The position numbers and the translations under genes were made by a program. The notes beneath the pieces were generated by a model. That model was not told the DNA's origin and did not search any database. It saw only the letters and a list, made by a program, of their open reading frames with translations. A DNA stretch of 64,000 nucleotides, from assembly GCA_963764725.1 (NCBI GenBank), contig CAVXTM010000018.1:448001-512000 (forward strand). Reading direction: 5' to 3'. Source of the DNA: an uncultured Gammaproteobacteria bacterium (lineage in GTDB: Bacteria; Pseudomonadota; Gammaproteobacteria; JACCXJ01). Below are positions 31,021 through 40,619 of this stretch, piece after piece. Numbering within the stretch: the stretch's first letter is position 1; every line of letters begins with the position of its first letter.

Positions 31021-32052
31021 TCATGGCAACACCCCCGCCTTGCCTGTATTGGCCGACCTATGTATCTGTTTGATACCCACCTTGGCTGTCCTAGAAGATC
31101 TCGATTTGCTTGCCACCGATCTGCTCTTACTTTGCGCGGTCTTAGGCGGCGATTTCTGCTTTGGGATGGTATACCGCTCCTCGGTCTTGACGGCCGCTGA
31201 GGGTCTCGTCCTACGGACTGTCGGTTCCTTTCTTCTCGCTACCGCTTTCTTCATCGGTCGCGGCTCGGGCGTCGTGGTTTTCTTTTTCTCGGGTGCCCTA
31301 GCAGGTTGTCTGCGCGAAGGTGGGACGTCTTGCGTCGTAGCACCGCTCATCTCCAAACCAAAGAGTGCGGCGATGTCGCTACCCTCGAGGATTTTGTCGG
31401 AAGGGGTCGCTTCCTTGACGAGCGATATCTCCTGGCCCCCCGTGGCGAGCAGGTCACTTTCATCCACATTGCGCAGCCTAAAAAGCAAACCGGGCTGTGT
31501 ATCGAGGCGCGCACCGACGCCGTACAACACGGCGGCGACATGCTTGCACATGTCGGCCCAGTCTGGGCAACTGCATGAGAGCTCAATGTCTTTGGGGGAG
31601 GGGAACAAGCCCCTGCCTGGCCGGCAGACGCGCTCCATGACACCTTTAGAAAGCCGCCCCTGCAAGAGCTCCACCAGTGAATCGATTGTTCCGGCACAAT
31701 CGCGGCAGAGGGCGCTCCAATGCGCTGCGGGCACTCGTGCAACCCCTACCTTCACCTGGTAGATTTCTGAGCCGCTGACCATGGCCGTGACCACGCTCTC
31801 GGTTATCTTTAAATCGATCACCGATCCGTTGCGCACATAGGCGCGGCCGCGCGGCAATCGGTTTGCAAAATCGCTGTAGCGCTCCAAATTCTCGCACCAT
31901 GCTTTACCCCAGAAACTCTTGGTGATCGTGCGGCCTTCAATCGTAACCGGTTCGATGGGATGTCCCTGTTTCTTAAGCCTGGCGATTTTCTGCGCGGCAT
32001 GTTGCCGTCGTTTGGCGACCGGTATATACGGTTTCCACGAAAAATAGCTCAT
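31021..32052 (-). CDS. SWIM zinc-finger protein with long basic C-terminal tail
   Basis: NRLPRGRAYVRNGSV, SWIM motif CSCPDWADMCKH, Lys/Arg/Pro-rich tail. Confidence 0.9.
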   Translation of the reverse strand: MSYFSWKPYIPVAKRRQHAAQKIARLKKQGHPIEPVTIEGRTITKSFWGKAWCENLERYSDFANRLPRGRAYVRNGSVIDLKITESVVTAMVSGSEIYQVKVGVARVPAAHWSALCRDCAGTIDSLVELLQGRLSKGVMERVCRPGRGLFPSPKDIELSCSCPDWADMCKHVAAVLYGVGARLDTQPGLLFRLRNVDESDLLATGGQEISLVKEATPSDKILEGSDIAALFGLEMSGATTQDVPPSRRQPARAPEKKKTTTPEPRPMKKAVARRKEPTVRRTRPSAAVKTEERYTIPKQKSPPKTAQSKSRSVASKSRSSRTAKVGIKQIHRSANTGKAGVLP

Positions 32053-32055
32053 CGC

Positions 32056-34758
32056 TTACGCCTCCTTCATCGCCGCGCTCAAATCTAGCGAGACGAGTTT
32101 CAGTAGTTCTTCATCTTTCATCTCCGTCAGCAACATATCGACACCACCACCGAGAAGCTCTCCCGCGAGTTGCTGCTTCGATTCGATCATCTGGTCTATC
32201 TTATCTTCCACCGTACCTCGGCACACAAATTTGTGTACTAACACGTTCTTGGTCTGCCCGATCCGAAAGGCGCGATCGGTGGCTTGATCCTCAACCGCAG
32301 GATTCCACCACCGATCAAAATGAATGACATGCGAGGCGGCCGTCAGATTGAGTCCGGCCCCGCCCGCCTTGAGCGAGAGCACGAAGAAGGGGACCCTCTC
32401 GTCCTCCTGAAAGCGGCGCACGAGCCCCTGACGTTTTCTGACCTCAGTCTCGCCATGGAGAACTAGGCCAGGACGCCCGAAGATGGCACCGAGAAACGCC
32501 GCGAGTGGCGCCGTGATTTCCTTGAACTGGGTAAAGACCAACGCCTTTTCCTGCTTGGCGGCGATGACCTCCGCGAGATCGCGTAGGCGTGCGAGCTTCC
32601 CGCTGTCTTCTTCTCCCCAGGCACTATCCCCTAACCACTGTGAGGGGTGATTGCAAATCTGCTTGAGGCGCATGAGGAGCGCCAGCACCAGGCCTTTGCG
32701 CTTAATGCCCTCGGCTGCGCGCATCTGCTCGGATAAGTCATCCACGGCTTGCTGGTAGAGCGCGACCTGCTTGCGGCTGAGCGCACAGAACGCTTTGACC
32801 TCGGTCTTATCCGGCAGATCCGCGATGATGCGCTTGTCGGTCTTGAGACGCCGCAGGATGTAGGGACGCACGAGTTCGCGCAACGGCCCGTAAGGATTTT
32901 GGGGATGATCGGCCAGCCGCTTGGCGAAGGTAGAAAATTGCTTCGCCGATCCCAAGAGGCCGGGATTGGTGAAATCGAAGATCGACCAGAGATCGCCCAG
33001 CCGATTTTCGATCGGCGTCCCCGTCAGTGCGATCCGGGCCTCGGATTTGAGCCGCTTGACGGCTTTGGTCTGCTTGGTATTGGGGTTCTTGATGGCCTGA
33101 GCCTCGTCGAGAATAACGAAACGCCAGGTGCTCTCGGTGAGCCAGGGCACCCGTTCGAGGGAGCCGTAGCTGGTGATCACGAGATCGGCCTCAGATCGAC
33201 GTTCTGGCGCCAAGGTCTTGAGTTCTTCTACCGGTAACGCCGAGGGGTGGGCCACCAGTGCACGGAGCGCCGGTGCGAAACGTTCAATTTCAGATGTCCA
33301 GTTGGCTAGGAGAGACGCGGGGGCCACGAGGAGGTTCGGCTTGCGTGCCTTGCGGGTTTTGGCTTTGAGAACCAATAGCAGTGCCAGGATCTGAATGGTC
33401 TTGCCCAAGCCCATATCGTCCGCAAGACAGGCGCCGAGCCGCAGGCTCGTGAGCAGGTGCAGCCATTGCACGCCGGCGTGCTGATAAGGCCGCAGGGTAC
33501 CCTGCAAAGCACTACCCGGATCGACGCGGGTTCCTGCGTCTGGATGGCGTAGACCTTTTAGCGTCTCGGCGAGCCAGGGTCCGGCCACGACCTCGCTCCA
33601 CTCTGCAACGGTCGCTTCCGTGGGCGCAGCGCCTGAGACATCCGCACCGGCAAGCAGGCGCATCGCTTCGCCAAAAGGTAGACCAACCGTTTTGGCAGAT
33701 TGCTCGATGGCCTGAAATTGCTCCAGTGTTCGCCGCAGACGTGCGTGATCGATCTCGACCCAACGGCCGCGAATCAGTGCCAACCCGTCGGATTGGGCCA
33801 GCAGTTGGCTGATTTCCGACGGCGACAAGGTCTCGCCCTCGAGGGTCACCTCCATCCGGAAGTCTAAGAGGGCCTCCAAACCGAGCGCTGAAGGGGGGTT
33901 ACCACCTACGGTCACCTTAACGTGGGGCCGAGCCGGACGGTTCATGCGCCAATTGAGCGGCATTCGCACCGCGACCCCAGCAGCTTCCAATAGCGGTACG
34001 TCGCGGAGGAATTGAAAAGCTTCCTGTGGGCGCCAGCGTAGGGGATGATAGATTTCGCCCGCGTTGACCATTGTCTTGAGCCAGGGGCACCGCTCGCCCG
34101 CGCGCTGCACGGGCATTAGCAGCGACAATAGGCGCTCGCGGTTCGCCGCCCCCGCATACTCTCGTAAGGCTTGGCCAAGCGGCACGTGTTGCGCCCGGGC
34201 GTTCGCCGCGAGCCGCGTTGTGTAGGTGGCGAGAAATGCGAAGGGGGCTTCCGCATCCTTCCGGTTCTCAGCCAGGTTGAAGTGCACACGTCCGACGAGA
34301 TTCCAGGCCGGATGGCGACCCTTGAGGAACTCCTGTACGCCAACGCGGGCTTCTAGCAGTTCAACCCCAAGCGCCGTATTCATCCCCCGCCAAAGGGCCG
34401 CTAGAACATCCGACGTCAGATATTCCGCGCCCGTCATGAGCGGGGCCGCGAGGGCCAGCTGCTCCAACTCAGCCTCAAGAGGCGTAAGTACGTCAATCGC
34501 GGCACCGCCTTCCCCTGCCTCGGGAAGCGCGCATAGCGCCGTCACATATCGCACACCCAGCTCACGCCAATAGGCAAACACCGGGGGGAGAATGGTCTCG
34601 ACTTCACCAGCACCCAGTTGCAATAACCCATGCCCGGAACCGCGCCCGAACATCTTCTCTAACCGCGCTGCTAATTCACCATCAAGCTCAGGTGCGTCTT
34701 CTGCCGGGGTCAATACAATACAACCCTGCGGCGTGAGCAGGGGGGTGAGGGACAACAT
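32056..34758 (-). CDS. SNF2-family (DEAQ-box) helicase/ATPase
   Basis: LRPYQ, LADDMGLGKT, LDEAQAIKN, TGTPIEN, SLKAGGAGLNLT, DRWWNPAVEDQATDRAFRIGQ. Confidence 0.95.
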   Translation of the reverse strand: MLSLTPLLTPQGCIVLTPAEDAPELDGELAARLEKMFGRGSGHGLLQLGAGEVETILPPVFAYWRELGVRYVTALCALPEAGEGGAAIDVLTPLEAELEQLALAAPLMTGAEYLTSDVLAALWRGMNTALGVELLEARVGVQEFLKGRHPAWNLVGRVHFNLAENRKDAEAPFAFLATYTTRLAANARAQHVPLGQALREYAGAANRERLLSLLMPVQRAGERCPWLKTMVNAGEIYHPLRWRPQEAFQFLRDVPLLEAAGVAVRMPLNWRMNRPARPHVKVTVGGNPPSALGLEALLDFRMEVTLEGETLSPSEISQLLAQSDGLALIRGRWVEIDHARLRRTLEQFQAIEQSAKTVGLPFGEAMRLLAGADVSGAAPTEATVAEWSEVVAGPWLAETLKGLRHPDAGTRVDPGSALQGTLRPYQHAGVQWLHLLTSLRLGACLADDMGLGKTIQILALLLVLKAKTRKARKPNLLVAPASLLANWTSEIERFAPALRALVAHPSALPVEELKTLAPERRSEADLVITSYGSLERVPWLTESTWRFVILDEAQAIKNPNTKQTKAVKRLKSEARIALTGTPIENRLGDLWSIFDFTNPGLLGSAKQFSTFAKRLADHPQNPYGPLRELVRPYILRRLKTDKRIIADLPDKTEVKAFCALSRKQVALYQQAVDDLSEQMRAAEGIKRKGLVLALLMRLKQICNHPSQWLGDSAWGEEDSGKLARLRDLAEVIAAKQEKALVFTQFKEITAPLAAFLGAIFGRPGLVLHGETEVRKRQGLVRRFQEDERVPFFVLSLKAGGAGLNLTAASHVIHFDRWWNPAVEDQATDRAFRIGQTKNVLVHKFVCRGTVEDKIDQMIESKQQLAGELLGGGVDMLLTEMKDEELLKLVSLDLSAAMKEA

Positions 34759-34987
34759 CGTGGCGGGAGCGGCTTGGTGGGTTGCTACGCGATTATGACT
34801 GTGCGGTCGGCGAATACCCGGCCTAATCCGGCGATGAGTATTGACGTCAGGCGGGATGTCGAGCCCCCTCGCTACTCGGGCGTGTCTGTTTGGATAGAGT
34901 CATCATCTGAGGGCTAGGCACACTTGCGCTCGGTCTCGTCCTTCGCCGATCGCGCCTGTTCCAGATTGTCATGTAGGGCGACGTAGC

Positions 34988-35114
34988 ATGGTCAAGAAAC
35001 TCCAACTGCATGCAACGGCATGGGTTATCGATACATACCGTAGCTTTCCTATCCCGAATGGTCAAAAAACTCAAACTGCATGAAACGCCACTGGCTATCG
35101 ACCGGTGCCGTAGC
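34988..35114. repeat. Imperfect tandem direct repeat, 70-bp period
   Basis: ATGGTCAAGAAACTCCAACTGCATGCAACG..TATCGA at 34988 and ATGGTCAAAAAACTCAAACTGCATGAAACG..TATCGA at 35058. Confidence 0.7.
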
Positions 35115-35125
35115 CGCGATGCTTC

Positions 35126-35506
35126 CTATACGCCGCGACCTGCGGCGTCCGCTAGCTGCTTGTCGAGCGTAATAAGTTCGGCTTGGAGTTTTTGCGCGAG
35201 CCAAAGGTACGACGCATCGTAGACCGTAAGACCCATGCGCTCTGCCAGAGTGATCGCTTCGGGGAGATCCACTCTTGTCTCGACGATCGCCATGCGCCCG
35301 AAGAGTTGATGGGTCGACAACAATGCTTCCCGCTGCTCTGGGTGGCGATGAAGCTTTTTTAAGCAGACACTCGCCACTTCAAACTGAAGCAAGGGAGGCG
35401 CTGCAAGCTTCGCGTTACGCAGCTGCGTGGCGATGGTGGGCGCATCGGGCTCACCAAATAACAAGGCGGCGATAGCGGACGCATCGACGACCTTAACGGA
35501 CATCAC
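35126..35506 (-). CDS. vapC: VapC/PIN-domain toxin
   Basis: VVDASA, E(V), LTVYDASYLWLA, LITLD PIN acidic motifs. Confidence 0.9.
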   Translation of the reverse strand: MMSVKVVDASAIAALLFGEPDAPTIATQLRNAKLAAPPLLQFEVASVCLKKLHRHPEQREALLSTHQLFGRMAIVETRVDLPEAITLAERMGLTVYDASYLWLAQKLQAELITLDKQLADAAGRGV

Positions 35507-35729
35507 GGTCCGCGCGGATCAATTCCACGGCTTCCGATGGCGTCCGTAACTGTAGACGTTGCACTTCCTTGACGACCTCCTCTGGTGTCAGTGGCTCTGG
35601 TGTCCTCACGCTTTCTTCGAGGATGGCCATAAGCTCACCCTGGAGCGAGCGGTGGTGGCGGCTCGCCCGCTCGCGCAGCCGCTGGACAATGTCGTCCGGG
35701 GCGTTCTTGATTGACAGGTTTACAGGCAT
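35493..35729 (-). CDS. FitA/Arc-like ribbon-helix-helix antitoxin
   Basis: NLSIKNAPDD....LRERA..HHRSLQGEL, ELIRADRD overlapping the toxin start; start at ATG 35729. Confidence 0.85.
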   Translation of the reverse strand: MPVNLSIKNAPDDIVQRLRERASRHHRSLQGELMAILEESVRTPEPLTPEEVVKEVQRLQLRTPSEAVELIRADRDVR

Positions 35730-35960
35730 GTTGATGCTCCATAATAGCTCCATTTCAGAACTATTATGGCATTGACCGGCTTGAAAGGGGAGGATCTCTA
35801 AATGAGGAAAAGGCTGTTCCTGACTATGAGTCAAAGTGCGGAATAAAACTCACCAGATCTCGGCAAAACCAGGCGTTTCTCGCCAAAACTCGCCGTTATA
35901 TTCCGCAATAACTTTCAGAATTTATACGATTTATCATGGAGTTAACACACATGTGTAGCA

Positions 35961-36009
35961 GGGACTGAAAATCCCTGTGTCGGCGGTTCAATTCCGTCCC
36001 TGGCCACCA
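35961..36009 (+). repeat. tRNA-Phe 3' fragment including CCA (att site, copy 2)
   Basis: GGGACTGAAAATCCCTGTGTCGGCGGTTCAATTCCGTCCCTGGCCACCA; no D-arm or 5' acceptor strand upstream. Confidence 0.92.
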
Positions 36010-36022
36010 AATCAATCACTTA
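36010..36022 (+). promoter_or_regulatory. IHF-binding site next to att core
   Basis: AATCAATCACTTA matches WATCAANNNNTTR. Confidence 0.65.
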
Positions 36023-36269
36023 GCGGATCCTAGAGCAGGGGATAAAACGTCCCTGCTCTAGCGAGTCCGGTCTTTCCGGCTGCGCGGAATTTTCCTTAGC
36101 ATTAGGAATTCGCGACGCGGCCAGCACGTCAACGTGCGCGTCAAGCCGCAACGCCCCGACCTGGTCGCCAAAGCGATTTCACCGAAACATGCGGCGCCCC
36201 GGAGCAGTGCTGATGGCCGGCGATGTGGGCAATATCGTCTGGCGCGTGACGCCAGCAGCGACAAATAAG

Positions 36270-36411
36270 TTCGCTGCTCATCACCGACACGGCGTTCTAC
36301 CGGAACCCGAACTATCACACCCCCCGAGACACAGCGGCGACGCTCGACTACCAGCGCATGGCCGGGGTGGTGCAGGGTGTGTACGCTGCAGTGTTGGCCC
36401 TGGCGCAGTAG
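36270..36411 (+). pseudogene. M28 peptidase C-terminal fragment
   Basis: Translates LLITDTAFYRNPNYHTPRDTAATLDYQRMAGVV; start boundary approximate. Confidence 0.65.
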
Positions 36412-36471
36412 CATCGCTGCACCTCTTGCCCATTGAGTCTTCCACCTGGCTTAGAGCCCAGGTGAGTACCT

Positions 36472-37030
36472 TCATCCACGATCTTCGTGTACCGCCCGAT
36501 AAAGCTCTGCGTAAGCGCGGGTTAACCCGTCTGGCTGATAGTGCGCGTTCAGGCCGCTAGGGCTAGGCAGCACCCAGAGCATGGCTGGACCCAATGTTTC
36601 CTCCCGCCGGCCCAGCGTTGCTTTTGGTGTTGTGAACGCCACGCGATAGGCGCTGATGCCCAGCATGGCCATGTACCGAGGCCGGTAGCGGCGCACTTTT
36701 TCTTCCAGCCGCCGCGCGCCCTCTTTGAGCTCATCGATCGAGAGCTCATCCGCGCGGGCAGTGGCGCGCTCGACCAGGTTGGTGAGCCCATAGCCAAGTT
36801 GAACCATCGCGCCTCCCTCGAACGGCGACAGCAGGCGATCCATGAAGCCTGCCCGGCACAAGGTCGCCCAGAACGATTGCCGGGCCGCGCCAAGTGATAG
36901 CCCGTCGCACCCGAGTAGAGTCCAGGATTGATGCCACAGAACAGCACCTTCAGCTCAGGTGCGATAACGTCTGGAATAATCCGACCGGCGGCGGCGCATA
37001 TCTCCTCTTTGCTCGGTCTGGTCAGGACTG
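36472..37030 (-). pseudogene. mug: G/U mismatch-specific DNA glycosylase, frameshifted
   Basis: VLFCGINPGLYS..TG.H.ARPGNR in one frame; GLTNLVERAT and LPSPSGLNAHY in another; start approximate. Confidence 0.85.
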
Positions 37031-37116
37031 GTAGGGCGATGGCATTAAATTCCAGAAAAATGGTTCGGATGGACGCGCTAGGGCTAATCAAGGAGGCGCT
37101 TGCGCTACAGCAGCTT

Positions 37117-37143
37117 GTCATTCCGAGCGCACGCGAGGAATCT
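37117..37143. repeat. Half of a GTCATTCCGAGC..CGAGGAATCT palindromic repeat
   Basis: GTCATTCCGAGCGCACGCGAGGAATCT; partner arm degenerate or missing. Confidence 0.5.
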
Positions 37144-37421
37144 TGAACGCTTGGAGCAGAGAGATCTCTGATTGAATGGCGGCTCTACGAGGCGTCTATA
37201 GCCGGCTTAAAGTAGGCACGTGAGTATTCTACAAAGAGATTCCCCTACTGCAATTCATTGTCAAGGGTTGGACTATCCATTACTATCAAGGCAGGATTGC
37301 AATGGCGTGGATTTGATGCAGGTATTCCGCGTAATCTTTGCTCCCTCTGGATACCGCCGGCCAAAATGAGCTGGCGGCAATGCAAAACAACTCAATGGCT
37401 GATCGTTACGCCAGGGTCGAT

Positions 37422-37876
37422 TTAACTTTTAATTTTTTCATCATTAACGTTTCCTACAACGCCAGCTGTTGCGATAAAACGCAGAGCATCCTCAACAGAC
37501 ATATCTATTTCTACTACATTTTCCCGTGCCATAATGACCGTGTTTCCACCCATCTGATAACTGAACGGCAGAAATACGGCAACCTGGTTTTCGGTAATAA
37601 AAGTGTGTGAAAACTCCGCAGAAGCCGAAACTGTAATAAAGCCTATCTGTTGACGATTGCCGGGAGGCACATTAACCAAAACTACTTGTTTAAATTTTCC
37701 TTTCTGTTCGCTGGAAAAGAGAGAAATAAAATCGCGTATGGCTGTATATATGGATTTAACAACGGGAATCTGGATCACAAGTTGTTCAACGTTATTGAAC
37801 TGTCTACGGAAAGTTGGAGACTCCTGGGGATAATAGCGATTAACCCTTTGAGAAAGGTTTTACTGATCGGCTTCAT
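37422..37876 (-). pseudogene. DUF502-family membrane protein with internal deletion
   Basis: MKPISKTFLKGLIAIIP at 37876, TM region missing, then IPVVKSIY, IGFIT, VAVFLPFSYQMGG, MSVEDALRFI in another frame. Confidence 0.75.
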
Positions 37877-38045
37877 TTTAATTTCCAATGTTCGTAATTC
37901 ATAAGCTAGGGAACCTCTGAACAAGTAATCAAGAATGGTTGCGCGGCATGCATACGAATCGATGTCAGACGGAAACGCGGCCTTGAGGTCTGTTTGTCAT
38001 CGTTCAGGGGGCCATGTTCGCGCCGTTTGCCATGCTGCAGACATA

Positions 38046-39042
38046 CTACGCCCCCGACAGTCGCCACAGCCGCCGGCGCATCAGGTACAGATTGGTCAGC
38101 GCACAGGTGACGAACAGGCGGTGTGCGCTCCATCCTCAGGGCGCCAAGCAGGCCCATCCTTGGGCCTGGCTCTCTTCGCCAACCCCTTGTAGCGGGTCTT
38201 CACGAAGCCGAAGATACGCTTAATGATGAGAAAGGGGTGCTCGACCTTGGCGCGCACGCTGGACTTGGTTTTGTTCTTCGCCCGTTGGACTTCGTCGATC
38301 CCCTTCTTGTAACGGTAACGTCGATGGGTGAAATCGGTGGCCTTCGGTGCGTGCTTGCGTATGACCTCACTCTGCCCCTGATAGGCCGAGTCGCCCCACA
38401 CCCGTGTCTCCTCCCCGTGCAAGAGCTCGGGCAGGCACACCGAGTCGTGCACATTAGCAGCGGTGGCGGCCACCGCATGGATGACCTTGGTCTGGCTGTC
38501 CACACCGATGTGCGCCTTCATCCCGAAATACCACTGGTTACCTTTCTTGGTCGGATGCATGTCCGGGTCGCGTTGCTTGCCCTTGTTCTTAGTGGAAGCT
38601 GGAGCGCTGATGATCGTCGCATCGACGATGGTGCCCGTGCCGATCTTGATGCCCTGGCGCTCCAAGTATGCATGCACCTGCTCGAAGAGCTTCTTCCCAA
38701 GCCCATGCGCCTCCAGCAGATGGCGGAAGCGGCACACCGTGGATTCATCAGGCACCGGCATCTCTCCAAGGTCAATGCCTGCAAACCGACGCATCGACAC
38801 CGAGTCATACAGCGCTTCTTCCACGCCCGGATCCGAGAGGTTGAACCACTGCTGCAGAAAGTACACCCGCAGCATCATCTCCAGCTCCTTCGGAGGACGG
38901 CCATCACCCGCCTTCGGATACATGGGCGCTATCAGTGCGCACAAATCTCCCCACGGCACAATACGGCGGTGAGAAATCTCTCCCGACGCGTGGTCTTGCT
39001 GTACTTCTCGAAACCCGTGCCCAGTGTCATCTGCTTGCTCAT
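38046..39042 (-). pseudogene. IS5 transposase (N-terminal frameshift plus 44-bp insertion near C-terminus)
   Basis: MSKQMTLG start out of frame with PW..L; IVDATII, KKGNQWYFGMKAHIGVD, GDSAY, VRAKVEHPF; tail SAHRLFVTCALTNLY restored by removing 38131-38174. Confidence 0.9.
38131..38174. mobile_element. Hairpin mini-element (copy 2) inserted in IS5 transposase
   Basis: CATCCTCAGGGCGCCAAGCAGGCCCATCCTTGGGCCTG+GCTCTC; 21 of first 22 nt identical to 9921-9942. Confidence 0.7.
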
Positions 39043-39181
39043 TATCGTCCTCGATTGTATTCGGTGCGCCTACCGATCAGATCGTGGACTTTTGCAGAGG
39101 TTCCCTAGATGATAGTTCGAAATAAAAGGGTGATGTTTTATATAACAACTTTAACCCGAAAGGGAATAGAGATTTAAAAAC

Positions 39182-40564
39182 GGGTCTTCGTGAAAACGTG
39201 TGGGTAATTTTGTTTCCATGATCACGCTGCAAGGCTTGCTCCGCAAGGGATTACGCCCGGTTGAAGGGACGGTAATTTCTGGCATGCTGTGGCGATGGCT
39301 ACCCAACGCAAACGCTCTCGTCGTCTCACCGACACATACGCCTTTGACGGCTTTCGTCCACAAGCAACGGTACGCGGGGTTTTCGGGGAACCGAAGGTGC
39401 GCATCGTCACGCTCGTACGACGCTCAAAAAAACACGCTGTGGAGTCTGCGGTACGTTGCATCGCGGTTGGTACGACAAGAAGCTGCGGCAGGTTCGAGAT
39501 CTCTCCTGCGGGGATACGCACGTGCGGCTGGAGTTGGAGGTCCGGCGTGTGGATTGCCGGCAGTGCGGCAAGGTGAAGCGCGAGCGTCTGGACTTTCTGG
39601 CCGACAACCCTTTCTACACCAAGCGCTTTGCTTTCTACGTCGGGCGGCGCTGCCGCACGAGCACCATCAAGGCGGTGGCCGATGAGTTGGATCTCGACTG
39701 GCAGACGGTCAAGGAGTTGGACAAGCAATACATGGGTGCGCAGCTTGCACGGGCTGGCCGGCCAGGACCTGCGGTTATCGGCATCGATGAGATCGCCATC
39801 CGCAAAGGTCACACCTATCGCATCGTGGTCAGCGATCTCCTCCGTGGCCGACCGATCTGGTTTGGCGGGACTGACCGCTCTCAGGCCAGCATGGACGAAT
39901 TCTTCAAATGGCTGGGGCCGCGTAAAACCAAGGGGGTGCGCTTGGCTGTGATGGATATGTGGAAGCCGTTTCGCAACAGCACCAGAGAACAAGCGCCCCA
40001 GGCGGCCATCCTGTTCGACAAATTTCACGTGACGCGTCATCTGGGCGAAGCGCTCGATAAGGTCCGCAAGGGGGAGTACGCCCGACTCAGCGGCGAGAAA
40101 CGTACCTACATCAAGGGCCAAAAATATACCCTGCTCTCCCGGCGGGAGAATCTGACCCTCGATGGTCGAGCTGCCTTGAAGAGGCTCCTCGCCGCCAACA
40201 AGCGGCTGAACACTGCTTATCTGCTCAAGGAATCTTTCGGCCAATTGTGGAGCTACGAGCGTGAAGCGTGGGCGCGACGTTTCTTCGAGAACTGGCGTAA
40301 CGCGCTTAAATGGCAGCGTCTGAAACCGTACGAGAAATTCGCCGAGATGATCGAGCGCCATTGGGATGGGATCGCTGCTTATTGCAAACCAGAGAACAAG
40401 ATCTCTCTCGGATTCGTCGAAGGACTCAACAACAAGATCCGCGTCATCCAGCGCCGCGCCTACGGACTCCGCGACGAGGATTACCTGCGCCTCAAGGTGC
40501 TTACCTGCATGCTGCCGGTACTGTGAAAACACCATTTTCTACCCACTCACTTTCACGATGAGCC
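39182..40564 (+). mobile_element. ISL3-family element, copy 1 (1383 bp)
   Basis: IRs GGGTCTTCGTGAAA/TTTCACGATGAGCC, 8-bp TSD TTAAAAAC (39174-39181, 40565-40572). Confidence 0.95.
39295..40526 (+). CDS. ISL3 transposase, probably made by -1 frameshift at A7 (39426-39432)
   Basis: IGIDE, VMDMWKPF, FDKFHV, EGLNNKIRVIQRRAYG; CGVCG zinc knuckle lies just after the A7 run in the -1 frame. Confidence 0.88.
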
Positions 40565-40619
40565 TTAAAAACCTGAAGACAAAGGCGCTTTAAAATCCCT
40601 ATTGCCGATGGCAACGCAT

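Larger units (their letters stand above)
30993..36009. mobile_element. Genomic island 1 at tRNA-Phe (SWIM-SNF2-TA cargo, no integrase seen)
   Basis: Bounded by a 36-bp identical tRNA segment at 30957-30992 and 35961-35996. Confidence 0.75.
37910..39104 (-). mobile_element. IS5-family element with inactivated transposase
   Basis: Inverted ends GGAACCTCTG/CAGAGGTTCC, CTAG target duplication (37906-37909, 39105-39108). Confidence 0.92.

Noticed and set aside
35961-36009. Additional tRNA-Phe genes here and at 54720-54771
   Set aside because: Both lack the 5' acceptor strand and D arm; they are att repeats.
39222-40535. 437-aa antisense ORF in ISL3 (also 45132-46445)
   Set aside because: Shadow of the transposase frame with no recognisable motifs.
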